From assembly GCA_964016885.1 (NCBI GenBank), contig OZ024749.1, positions 53,630,001 to 53,694,000 of the forward strand: DNA of 64,000 nucleotides. The letters run 5' to 3'. The notes below the pieces were generated by a model. The model ran no database searches. It was not told the origin of the DNA and saw only the letters and a program-made list of their open reading frames with translations. This DNA is from Eledone cirrhosa (lineage: Eukaryota). The number at the start of each line of letters is the position of its first letter. The first letter of the stretch is position 1. The position numbers and the translations under genes were made by a program. Below are positions 1 through 11,015 of the stretch, piece by piece.

Positions 1-220
1 ATAGTAATAATGGTTTCTGATTTAGGCACAAGGTCAAAGGTCAACAATTTTTTACAGAGGGGGAAAATTCAATTAAATCGACCACAGTGCATTACTGGTA
101 CTTTACGTTATTGACCCTGTAAGGATGAAAGGTAAAGCTAACTTCGGTGGGATTTGAACTCAGAACATAAATGGCTGTAACTCTATGTCGTAAAGCATGT
201 TGGCCAACGCTTTACCAATC
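1..220 (-). mobile_element. tRNA-derived SINE family 2 (central GCCTTTCATCCTT...GGGTCGATAAA domain)
   Basis: B box GAGTTCAAATCC, tail GGCCTTGTGCCTAAATCAGAAACC(ATT)n; further copies or fragments near 3960, 5195, 9783, 10360, 26655, 29820, 37160, 41005, 43610, 48495, 53670, 53850, 54705, 57215, 60435. Confidence 0.8.
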
Positions 221-221
221 A

Positions 222-770
222 TCTTTCATTAGAAATATGGTTAATGACACAGGCAGTGTCTTTCATTAAAAATATGGTAATGAAAGGGTTAATGACATAG
301 ACAGTGTCTTTCATTAGAAATATGGTAATGAAAGGGATAATGACATAGACAGTGTCTTTCATTAGAAATATGGTTATCAAAGGGTTAATGACATAGACAG
401 TGTCTTTCATTAGAAATATGGTAATGAAAGGGTTAATGACATAGACAGTGTCTTTCATTAGAAATATGGTAATCAAAGGGTTAATGACATAGACAGTGTC
501 TTTCATTAGAAAATGGTAATGAAAGGGTTAAAGACATAGACAGTGTCTTTCATTAGAAATATGGTAATGAAAGGGTTAAAGACATAGACAGTGTCTTTCA
601 TTAGAAATATGTTAATCAAAGGGTTAATGACATAGACAGTGTCTTTCATTAGAAATATGGTAATGAAAGGGTTAAAGACATAGACAGTGTCTTTCATTAG
701 AAATATGGTAATGAACGGGTTAAAGACATAGACAGTGTCTTTCATTAGAAATATGGTAATGAAAGGGTAA
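222..770. repeat. 48-bp minisatellite, about 11 copies
   Basis: Unit TCTTTCATTAGAAATATGGTAATGAAAGGGTTAATGACATAGACAGTG. Confidence 0.95.
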
Positions 771-783
771 AAAATTTAATTAC

Positions 784-956
784 CGTCCAAAATCCTGTGT
801 TACGAAATTCGGATTTGTATTTAATTTCATAGGTTAATTTTCTGATATTCCATTCAGGATTACCATTAGTCACCATTGTTAAATTAACATATTTTTTGAA
901 AGGATCTGCTGATGGTAACGACTGGAATGTAATATCCTGTAGTGGTGGGAAGCGTA
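784..956 (-). CDS. Gene B exon 5 (IRFPPLQDITF...YEIKYKSEFRNTGFWT)
   Basis: tccag acceptor, GTAATT donor, phase 1-0; aligns with gene A exon 6. Confidence 0.82.
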
Positions 957-3900
957 CTGGAAAATAGAACAAAATAGAGATTAGACTGGATCCACGACAA
1001 CAACCATCATCATCAACGTTTAACAAACGAGGTGTGTCAGAAAAGTTCCAGGACTGATGTCACAAAAGATTTATTTCAAACCCTAACTTCACACTAAGAG
1101 TTTTCTCCTTCAAAGTAATCCCCCTGGAGTCTAATGCACTTTTCCATCCTTTTCAGCCACGCTTGCATGCACTCCTGGAAGATTCTTCCGGGATCCTCCG
1201 CACTTCCGTCGTCACGGCCTTTTTGATGTTGTCCACGTCTTCAAAACGAGTCCCCTCCGGGTCGTACTCAAAGATCCATGACTCATCACCGGTGATGACT
1301 GTCCCTAGCAAGTCTGGTTCGGTTTCAAGACACTCAAGGATGTCCTGGCACACTTGCATGCGTCGACCCTTCTGGTCATCGTTCAGCAGTTTTGGCACCA
1401 TCTTCGCGCAGACTTTCCGCATGTCCAAATCTTTGTTTGAAAATCTTTCAGACGCTGTCCCGATTCATGTCCAGCTCATTTGCCATCAGTCGAACAGTCA
1501 GCCGACGATCGCTACGCACCGTCTGCCTGACGCGCTCAACGTTGACCTGGGGGTCATCTTGCACCACTCAAAAACATGTGAGCGTCACATCGTCTCATCT
1601 ACATACACTTGCTGCAGCAATCCCAGTGCTTCTGACGGAGTTTTCAAGTTTGTTCGTTGCTTTGTGCTCATTGCTTGACGACCTGAAACAGAGGACATGT
1701 ATAAAAAATTATGAAGAAAAAAGTTTGATCGCTGCAGAGAGCTAAGATTACAGTTACATACTCCAGGGGGATTACTTTGAAGGAGAAAACTCTTAGTGTG
1801 AAGTTTGGGTTTGAAATAAATCTTTTGTGACATGAGTCCTGGAACTTTTCTGACACACCTTGTACATTTCTCTGCACTAGCATGGTTTTGAAGAGTTGTC
1901 AAGTCATAGCAAATAACCATGTCTTGCTCATACAGAACTGTTTCTGGCTGGGTATCTATGGTTGGATGCACTTCCTAATGCCAACCACATTTACAGGTTG
2001 AACTGGCTATTTTTTCATCATGTCACCAGCACAACCACCTTGCAGGGTGGGCTGGCGCTTTTTGTCATGTCACCAACACAACCACTTTACAGGGTAGACA
2101 CAGTGTTTTTCATTGTGTCACTAACATGACCACCTTACAGGATGGGCTGGGTGCCAAAAAAAAGTCACTATCATTAAGTGGCATTAGAACCACTGATAGA
2201 ATGCTTTGCAATATACATTTAGGCTCACTGCACTGAGTTCAAACCCCACTGAAGCCAACTTTGACTTTCAACTTTTTGGAGTTGATAAAAGAAGTACAAG
2301 TGAAACATTGGGATCAATTTCTCCCCATCATCTCTCTTTCTTTCCTGAATCAGCCATGTGAAGGGACCAATAAAGGCACACTTATATCACAGCCCTAACA
2401 ATCCTTTCACCACTACACAGTGGACATGAAAAGAAAGAGAACCATCACCAACTCCTGTAAAAAACTACTTGATGATATGATCCTGTAACTCCTAAGGGGG
2501 TCGTAGGGACACTGGGCTTAAGTGGAATCCAAGATGGAGAAGACTGAGTTGGTATGGACATGTGATGAACATGGACAATGACAGATATGTGAAGAAATGC
2601 CAGGAAATCCCAGTGGAAGAAAGCTGCAGCAGAGGACAACCAAGAAAGTGCTGGACAGAGGTTGCGAGAGCTGACCTCAAATTGCTAAAACTGGCAGAGG
2701 AGATGACGAAAGAGCGCAACAAATGGAGAGATGCCATGCTGAGAAGGACCCATCTAAACCATGCAAGCATGGAAAAGTGGACATAAAAAATGATGATGAG
2801 ATAGAAATAAAAAAAAAATTTTTTTATATAAAGAAATAAATAAACTTACTTGGTATAAAAAACTTGGAATATTCTTTAGATTTGTTTTCCTTGCCAAATA
2901 AATTACTGAAGGTCATAGTGAATTTGAAATATAAACCATCTTTAGCTTTGAATTCATAGGTTGTGCTGTTCTTCTTATTCTGTTTGCAGTCGTCCCAAAA
3001 TGTACGGTTCACGGACATTAGACTGAAAAGTGAATAACATTTTAATAATAATATTTATTTCTTCTTATTTGCCACAAGGGGCCAACAAAAGGGGGACAAT
3101 AGACAATAATGGAGGGGGGGGGGGGTTAACACTGAAATAGAGTAGAAAGAAATTAACAAACAAATAACAATAAACAAAACAATTACAAAAATGAAACATT
3201 CCTGAATAGGGGAGAGGACCACTCAGGGGTTTTGACCCTTTAGTTACCAATCCAGCCAAAACCGGATCTGGTTCTATGAAATAAAACTACCCATTTTAAA
3301 GGTTTCCAGTTTATACTAAAATCTTCCGACATAATTTTATATAAGAAACTTATTATCTTGGTAATGAAATAATTAATCATTTTAATAATTCTCTCAAAAT
3401 TCTTCGAAACAGAGTGTATTTTTTTAGAAATGCAGTCATGAAAGAGTTAAAAGAACAATAAAAGAAGAAAAATATTTTTACCATGTTACTACCCAGTAGA
3501 AATTAGGGCTTGTGGTTTGATTAGAATTTAAAAACAACCATATATTCCCCATAATATCTCTTTCAAACAAATAGCTCAATTCTGGTGGATCTGAAATTAA
3601 ATTAAGTTAAATTCTATTTTAACATAATAAAGAAAAAAACTGGCACAAATAACAACAAACAAACATTTTATCATTGTTGGTTTTAACACACTTTCCCTGC
3701 CTAGCAAGGGTTGGATGGGTCCATACAGACCAAGTCAGTACTGAAGTGGAGTCACGAATTTCCCAGGCAGGCCAGGGATCTTTGTCTTGCCTGGATATAC
3801 ATTTTCCTTTGCCGTTTTTGTGATTTAATATGATGCAATTTTTCCACAAAACTAAAACCAATTCACCTTGTTTCATTGAGAAATTCATAGTTTCATCTAA

Positions 3901-6333
3901 GTGACATATAAACAATATCATTTCAGCCATGACTCTTCCACAGGCATAGTATATATATAAAGGTGGCAAATTGTCAGATAGAATGCTTTGTGGTATTTGT
4001 TGCGGCTCTCCGCTCTCTGAGTTCAAATCCAGCAGAAGTCAACTTTGCCTTTCATCCTTTCAAGGTTGATAAAAAAGTATCAGTCAAATACTGGAGTTGA
4101 TTCTCCTTCTATATCTCTTTCTCACTTCCATTCTCTCACTATCTTTCTCTGGAAGAAATCTGCTGTATTTAGACCTGGAGAGAGAATGGGCTACACCAGG
4201 TTTTAAAATGCCCAAGACATGCCACTCCGATGCCCCTATGACCCCATCAGAAGTTATGGGACTAAAACATATACTCGAACTAAATTATCTAAAGTGTCCT
4301 TTCTTTTATTTTTAAAATAGTAGGATGTAATTAGGAGATTTGGTTGTTGTTTCTAGCAGTTTGAGTGACTAATAAGAGGCCTCCTTCAACATCGGCTCAA
4401 GTTTAGATAGGTGTGCTGGTGACACAACAAAAAGCACCCAGTCCATACTGTAAAGTGGCTGGCACTAGGAAGGACATCCAGCCGTAGAAGAAACCAAACC
4501 AAAATACAGTTGTGAGTTTGCAGACCTGGCTTGACCTATAACATGACAACCCAACCCATGCTAGCGTGGAAAATGGACGTTAGATGATGATGTATGGAAG
4601 AGAGTAAACTAGGAACTGGCAATCTATGAGTCAGTAGAGAAACATTTAACACATAACTTTTTCAAAACAAAGAACAACAACAGTAGCAACAGCAACAAGA
4701 TCAGCAACAGTAGCAACAGCAACAACAACAGTAGCAACAGCAACAGTAGTAACAGCAACAACAACAATAGCAACAGCAACTGCAACAGCAACAACAACAA
4801 CAACAGTAGCGACAGCAACAACAACAGTAGCAACAGCAACAACAACAGTAGCAACAACAGTAATACTTACAGCCATACTGAACTACAACAACAACAGTAA
4901 TACTTACAGCCATACTGAACTACAACAACAACAGTAATACTTACAGCCATACTGAACTACAACAACAATTTTATTTGTTTCATACGAGCAAATAATTTTA
5001 TATTTCTTTGGTTCATCACTTTTAATAGTCTGATAGATTATATTTTCATTGAGGATAGAAGCGTTAACTGGGAAATTGTTTATTTTCATCTGAATATTTC
5101 TGGCTTTATTTGGGTATTCACATGTTACGTTCGCATATTTTCCAACACTTACATAAGGTGGCGCATTTACATTCAACTTTTCTGAAAAAAAAAATGTTTC
5201 TGATTTAGTCACAAAGCCAACAATTTTGGGGGTCGCGGGTGTTTAGGAGAAAGTCGATGAAATCAACTCCAGTTCATTACTGGTACTTTATTTCATCGAG
5301 CCTGTAAGGATGAAAGGCAAAGCTAGCCTCAGTTGGATTTAAAATCAGAATGCAATGGGCTGATAAAAATAATAATGGTTTCTGATTTAGGAATAAGGCC
5401 AATAATCAACAGAGTGTGTAGCTCTGAGATCAGAGAGTCACTCCAGGTAGAGCTGCTACTTCTCTGAATTGAGAGAGTCACTCCAGGTAGAGCTGCTACT
5501 TCTCTGAATTGAGAGAGTCACTCCAGGTAGAATCACTACTTCTCTGAATTGAGAGAGTCACTCCAGGTAGAGCTGCTACTTCTCTGAATTGAGAGAGTCA
5601 CTCCAGATAGAATCACTACTTCTCTGAATTGAGAGAGTCACTCTAGGTAGAATCACTACTTCTCTGAATTGAGAGAGTCACTCCAGGTAGAGCTGCTACT
5701 TCTCTGAATTGAGAGAGTCACTCCAGGTAGAGCTGCTAATTCTCTGAATTGAGAGAGTCACTCCAGGTAGAGCTGCTAATTCTCTGAATTGAGAGAGTTA
5801 CTCCAGATAGAATCACTACTTCTCTGAATTGAGAGAGTCACTCCAGATAGAATCACTACTTCTCTGAATTGAGAGAGTCACTCCAGGTAGTCACTACTCT
5901 GAATTGAGAAAGTCACTCCAGGTAGAGCTGCTACTTCTCTGAATTGAGAGAGTCACTCCAGGTAGAGTCACTACTCTGAATTGAGAGAGTCACTCCAGAT
6001 AGAGCTGCTACTTCTCTGAATTGAGAGAGTCACTCCAGGTAGAGTCACTACTCTGAATTGAGAGAGTCACTCCAGGTATAGCTGCTACTTCTCTGAATTG
6101 AGAGAGTTACTCCAAGTAGAGTCACTACTTCTCTGAATTGAGAGAGTCACTCCACCTTCTCTAATACCTCCCACTAGGCCACTGAATTTTATTTTCAATC
6201 ATCAATATATCAAATTTTATCATTTAGAAATTCACACCTGAAGAAAAACTTACATACCGTTAAAGAAAAGTCCTTCAGAGATAAAAGCCATCGTACCAAA
6301 CAAAAACAGGAAATCCAGGAGCCTTTTCTCCAT
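784..6333 (-). CDS. Gene B: tandem paralog of gene A (cytokine receptor-like), first five coding exons; continues beyond position 1
   Basis: Exons 6333-6258, 5181-4945, 3590-3482, 3022-2850, 956-784; AG/GT boundaries, phases 1,1,2,1,0; YGYPP Ig-to-FN3 linker; exon-by-exon similarity to gene A. Confidence 0.83.
1028..1862 (-). mobile_element. Mariner-family DNA transposon, internally deleted, with about 105-bp TIRs
   Basis: Inverted termini CGAGGTGTGTCAGAAAAGTTCCAGGACT / AGTCCTGGAACTTTTCTGACACACCTTG followed by TA; transposase motifs KVCAKMVPKLL, ITGDESWIFEYDPE fused directly to C-terminal GTRFEDVD. Confidence 0.9.
2515..2800 (+). mobile_element. RTE LINE 3' fragment joined to the shared SINE/LINE tail
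   Basis: RRLSWYGHV...RGQPRKCW...CCATGCAAGCATGGAAAAGTGGAC(ATG)n; similar pieces at 32870-33010, 38370-38900, 39265-39460, 63560-63670. Confidence 0.7.
2850..3022 (-). CDS. Gene B exon 4 (CLMSVNRTFWDDC...FKFTMTFSNLFG...YSKFFIP)
   Basis: ttcag acceptor, GTAAGT donor, phase 2-1. Confidence 0.83.
3482..3590 (-). CDS. Gene B exon 3 (YPPELSYLFERDIMGNIW...FYWVVT)
   Basis: ttcag acceptor, GTAAAA donor, phase 1-2. Confidence 0.8.
4675..4968. repeat. (CAA/CAG/TAG) trinucleotide tract plus 3 copies of a 37-bp unit containing the gene B exon 2 donor
   Basis: Unit TAATACTTACAGCCATACTGAACTACAACAACAACAG at 4861, 4898, 4935. Confidence 0.9.
4945..5181 (-). CDS. Gene B exon 2, Ig-like domain (EKLNVNAPPYVSVGKYANVTC...YKIICSY...QYG)
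   Basis: ttcag acceptor, GTAAGT donor, phase 1-1, Cys pair with Ig-like spacing. Confidence 0.83.
5432..6154. repeat. 40-bp minisatellite, about 18 copies
   Basis: Unit GAGAGAGTCACTCCAGGTAGAGCTGCTACTTCTCTGAATT with interspersed variants. Confidence 0.95.
6258..6333 (-). CDS. Gene B coding exon 1, signal peptide MEKRLLDFLFLFGTMAFISEGLFFN
   Basis: Acceptor just upstream of ATG 6333, GTATGT donor, phase 1. Confidence 0.78.
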
Positions 6334-7033
6334 CCCTAAAAATAAACAAAAAACAAAAGTCCGTGGTGATGGTGATAATGACGATGATGATTCCTATTGC
6401 TATTCATGCAATTACAATAAACTCAAAGTCCTCTCAGTTCTGCATGACTTCCTCTTCACTCTGAACAACACTGAACCTGTTTGTTTTTTTTTGTGTTGTC
6501 CCTCCATTCTCACCTAATAAATACGTTTCACTTGCTTTACAAGCAGGTTTTTCTTTCCTTCCAGTTTTATAAAAAATGACACTAACAATACTGCCAATCT
6601 ACCAATCCACCAATTCATTAATAAGATATTTTAATCATGTTTCATATATAAATATAACACAAAACGTTAGCGAGGAGAAATGGACGTTAAACGGTGATGA
6701 TGATGATGATGAATCGATTCAACATTGTGTTAATTAGACACCACATGAGGTACTGGTTATGATCCACCTGGTTCCTTACCACACTTCCTTCGTTATATAT
6801 ATATATACGGGATAACAAGTTATCGTTATAGGCAATCCACTTAAAGGTAGTCCAGTTAGAGTACTCTGTGTTGTGGATGGTATTAACGTATAGCTTAGTT
6901 TGACTCAACAAGACGCTTCCATAGTGATGCAGCGAGTTCACGATTATTTCTATGTAGGTTATACTTGGAGTAATAATAATTCAAGAAATAAGAGTAACAT
7001 GGTTGTCTGTACAATAAGGGCTTTATTTACAGT

Positions 7034-7140
7034 GCTGACAATTGTTTCTTTGATCTGGCAGGTCTAGAGTTCGTTAATCGCTAGATGTTGCGTCAATCGA
7101 ACTCCAATACTTTGTTTATAACCACTTAATTCATCAGAGC
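7034..7140 (-). ncRNA. Hammerhead-like motif with long, imperfect stem II
   Basis: GCT-CTGATGA-[82 nt incl. GGAGTTCG/CGAACTCT]-GAAA-CAATTG-TC/AGC, then AATAAA; GUC triplet. Confidence 0.5.
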
Positions 7141-7539
7141 GAGCGAGCGAATGTGAGGATAATATACAAGACATGACTTTTATAGAGGAGTGGTATTAGA
7201 CCAGAACAATAATATCAATAACAAAATAACTAGATACTGAATAGTTAAAATAATAACATCAATATAAGTAAGAAATAGAATATAATGATAAAACTAGCAT
7301 GGTAACCGAACTGATATGATACAGATGTATGAAGTTGACATGTGAAAACTACTATAGGTTACTTTAGATGTAGTTTTTGAGGGATGAAGAGATAACTAAT
7401 AAAATGTACTTAGAGTCAGATTTTTGGAATCTACCCCTTTAAGTGCAATTATGAGAAATCTAGATACAAGTGTGCTGTGGGTCTAAAAGCACGCTAGCAA
7501 TAAACCGGAGATTGAGTTATGGTTTGACAGAGTCAGCAT

Positions 7540-8439
7540 TTTAAACGGGACGTTTATTTCACTATCCTAGATAGAATCATTAGTAGCTTTAACGAACGTT
7601 TTGCCGACTTGCACGATCTAGTGAAGGATTTTTCGTGCTTGATACCGGCGCACTTCGACGACGACGACGACGACGACACATGCAATAAAGAGAGAATCGA
7701 TAATCTTGCGAAATTCTACGAGGGTGACATCGAAAATGACACTATCTTCGATGAGTATTTATCATTCAAAGATTTTTACAAGGAAGTGTGTTTAGATAAA
7801 TCCATATCGAGTTCTGAGATCGTTCCGTTTATGATTTCTAATGACTTAGATAGAGCCTATCCGAACGTGTTTGCCTTATACAAAATGTTCATAACTATTC
7901 CGGTTAGCTCGGCGCAGGCTGAGCGAACCTTCAGCAGGCTCAAACTGATAAAGAATTATTTGCGTAGTACCATGAGTGAAGAGCGGTTGAATGCTCTGGC
8001 AATGATGTACATAGAGCGAGAACTGGCTGAAAAAATTGACTTCAGCATCGTGATTGAAAAATTTTCTAAAGTAAAACATCGCAAATTAGAACTGTAGAAC
8101 AAGTGATATGCTCGAATGTCAAAGTAAAGTTTTAGATGGACGATTTGTTGCACATACGAATTTTTGTTTGTGAATAATCGATTGCAAGACTAGTTTTACT
8201 GGATATTGTTTTGTTTTTTTTTCTGAAGATAGACCACCGTCTTTGCAGTTAATAAAGTTTTCACGGAACATGCTAACTCTGTAATCTATGATGTATTCTA
8301 CTCTATTATAAATTATCTATTCTAGACGCCCGTATGAACATATTTTCTTTCAGCTGATGGAAATGAGCGTAGGGAATTGGTGGGCCCCCTTTAGATCGGA
8401 TTCCCCCCCCCCCGGCTTTAAAAGCTAGTTACGCCACTG
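7540..8439 (+). mobile_element. hAT transposon 3' fragment (hATC dimerization domain, ORF 7609-8097)
   Basis: IPVSSAQAERTFSRLKLIKNYLRSTMSEERLNALA motif; TIR-like end TAGTTACGCCACTG at 8426-8439; left boundary approximate. Confidence 0.85.
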
Positions 8440-10007
8440 GAGCACCCCCCTCTCTCTGTGCTCCCTGGCAGAAAGGTCGGACACTTTCTACGGGGGTGTG
8501 TGTGACCCCAAAAGGCTAATAAATCGCAAAAAAAACAAACAAACAAAAACGTGGCAAATAAAGAAATCTATGCCCCAGTGGCAAATAAATCGCAAAAAAA
8601 AAAAAAACAATAAATAAATCTATATTTCTTTTAACGGCTAAAAAAAAGGGAATGTAAATTTGTTGGAATAGCCTCATACATTGAAGTAAGCAGCAACTAC
8701 AGCACGTAAGCAGCATTTAGTCCACTAAAATTGGATATCGCCGCAGTTAGGACACGATGAAATAACCATTCCGACTCCCATGGCTGACCATCTTTAGAAG
8801 ATATTATTCATAAACTGAGGAGTGTTACAATAGAAAAAATAATTAGAAGCAACATGTATGACTGGACATGAAGAAATATTCGTTTTCAAAGGAGAATATG
8901 GACATACGTTACCCAATTGGATAAAAACCCTCAGGACAAAATCTCCCCTCATATCAAACAAAAACAAACAAACAGAAAGAGAAACCAGTAAAAGATAAAC
9001 AAAATCTAATTTGTAATAACACAATGAAATATCATTAATCTTATAAAGAATTAACAAAAAATGTATATTCGAATTCAATTATTTTTTACGATATGGGGTA
9101 TTTAAACTTTTGATTTTTTTTTTACGGACCCTTTGGAAGAATAAAAAGGTTTATGGACAAGTCAAATATATATAATAGCCATGAGGAGCAGGAAGTAAAA
9201 CTAAATACAAAAGAATTAATGCCACTCACCGTCTACAAGAACTTCCCCATCTTTTAAAGTATTGTAAATATTATATATATATATATATAAATTAATAAAA
9301 ATATATTAGTAAAAAAAAACGGGAGGTTATATCCAAAGTTGGTAGAGCACTCAGTCCAGAGGATAAGTTCATCAAGTTAGCTAGATTGAAAAATACTAAT
9401 TAAAATAATACAGTTTGCCTGTCTCGATTGAAAATAATAAATCAATAAAAACAAACCTGTATTGGCAAAAGCCGTGATACCTGGACAAATTTAAATTTTA
9501 AACTTCAAATTTGTTTCGCAACGATTAAGTGAAAGTTCCTATTTCTGTGCTCTTCTGCAGGTATCCAGAAATTCGCACGTGTCAATTCTCTTTTGCTTTA
9601 TTTAAATTATTTAATTCATTCGACTATATATGTGTTTATATCTGTATTTTTGACCGTTGGTCAGTCAATGGTAAACATTGAGGATCGAATGAATTAACAA
9701 ATATAAAAGATACAGAAGCGAAAACCAACTAAACAGTGAGTGTGTTCTGTTATTAATTCTGGCAATATTATTACAACAATATGGCGGTGGACGCCATGCT
9801 TTGCAGCATAGAGTTACGGCCCTTTATAGTCTGAGTTCAAATCCCGCCGTGGTTAACTTTGCCTTTCATCCTTATTCTCAATCGTTTATGTCCGTATCAT
9901 CACGCGTTTATTTACGTTTATGATTAAAAAAAAAAATATGGGTATCAAATAACCACGTAATTTTCGAGAGAAACAATAATATACAATCTTATTTAACATG
10001 TGCATTA

Positions 10008-10288
10008 AAAACTACACTAGCTCTTACAATTGTAATTAACGTGTAAGAACTTAAACAGGCGAAGGTGACGTCACTCGTCAAACATCGTTTATTTCCGTAT
10101 TACTACCAATATAGAAATGGCTTCTACACGACTAGAACTGTTTCCTTCGAATGAAACAGTTCTAGTCCTGTAGAAGCCATTTCTATATTGGTAGTAATAC
10201 GGAAATAAACGATGTTTGACGAGTGACGTCACCTTCGCCTGTTTAAGTTCTTACACGTTAATTACAATTGTAAGAGCTAGTGTAGTTT
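10008..10288. repeat. Near-perfect 280-bp palindrome centred on TTCGAA (10146-10151)
   Basis: About 140-bp arms with two mismatches; central part re-duplicated at 10286-10352. Confidence 0.92.
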
Positions 10289-10359
10289 CTACACGACTAG
10301 AACTGTTTCCTTCGAATGAAACAGTTCTAGTCCTGTAGAAGCAATTTCTATATCAAATA

Positions 10360-10545
10360 ATTGTTTCTACTTTAGGCACAAGGCCAGCAATTATCCAGTG
10401 CATTACTGGTACTTTATTTTATCGACCCCGTAAGGATGAAAGGCAAAGTCAACCTCGGCGGGATTTGAACTCAGATCGTAAAGGGACGTAACTATGGTGG
10501 AAAGCATGGCGTCCGACCCTCTACTGATACTGCCAATCACCGCCC
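10360..10545 (-). mobile_element. tRNA-derived SINE family 2, well preserved copy
   Basis: Head GGCGGTGATTGGCAG, B box GAGTTCAAATCC, central domain and tail present. Confidence 0.82.
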
Positions 10546-10645
10546 TATTTCTATATCAAATAATTGTTTCTACTTTTGGCACAAGGCCAGCAAAACCAGT
10601 ACATTACTGGTACTTTATTTTATCGACCTATTTCTATATCAAATA

Positions 10646-11015
10646 ATGGTGGATGGGTGCTACACGAGAATGCTGAGGATGGCTCTGAACATTAATCAGT
10701 ATACACTGAGGCTGAAAAACTCAGAGCTGTATGGGAGCATCCCAAAAGTCAGCTCAAAAGTGACAGAGGAGACTGAGGTTAGCTGGACATGCTCGCCGAC
10801 ATCCAGAGTTGACACTGCACTCAGTGCTCCTTTGTGAGCCCCTACATGGACACACTAGAAGAGGAAGACCAAGGTTAACGTATGTTGATGCCCTAAGGAC
10901 AGACACTGGTCTGTTGGAGACGCAGGACATGGCAGCGATAATGAGGGACAGAGACCGCTGGAGAGAACTCGTCAATGGATCTCGGGAATTTTACCCGCCT
11001 TAGATAGATAGATAT
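10646..11015 (+). mobile_element. RTE-type LINE 3' fragment with (AGAT)n tail
   Basis: DGCYTRMLRMALNI, RLAGH, RGRPRLTYVDAL, MRDRDRWR. Confidence 0.75.

Noticed and set aside
219-745. ORFs with 16-aa repeats MKDTVYVINPFITIFL
   Set aside because: Product of the 48-bp minisatellite in an intron of gene B; no splice or homology support
5432-6154. CRISPR-like regular 40-bp repeats (also 222-770, 24661-24945, 44095-44386)
   Set aside because: Units are head-to-tail with no unique spacers, no cas genes, eukaryotic intronic context: minisatellites
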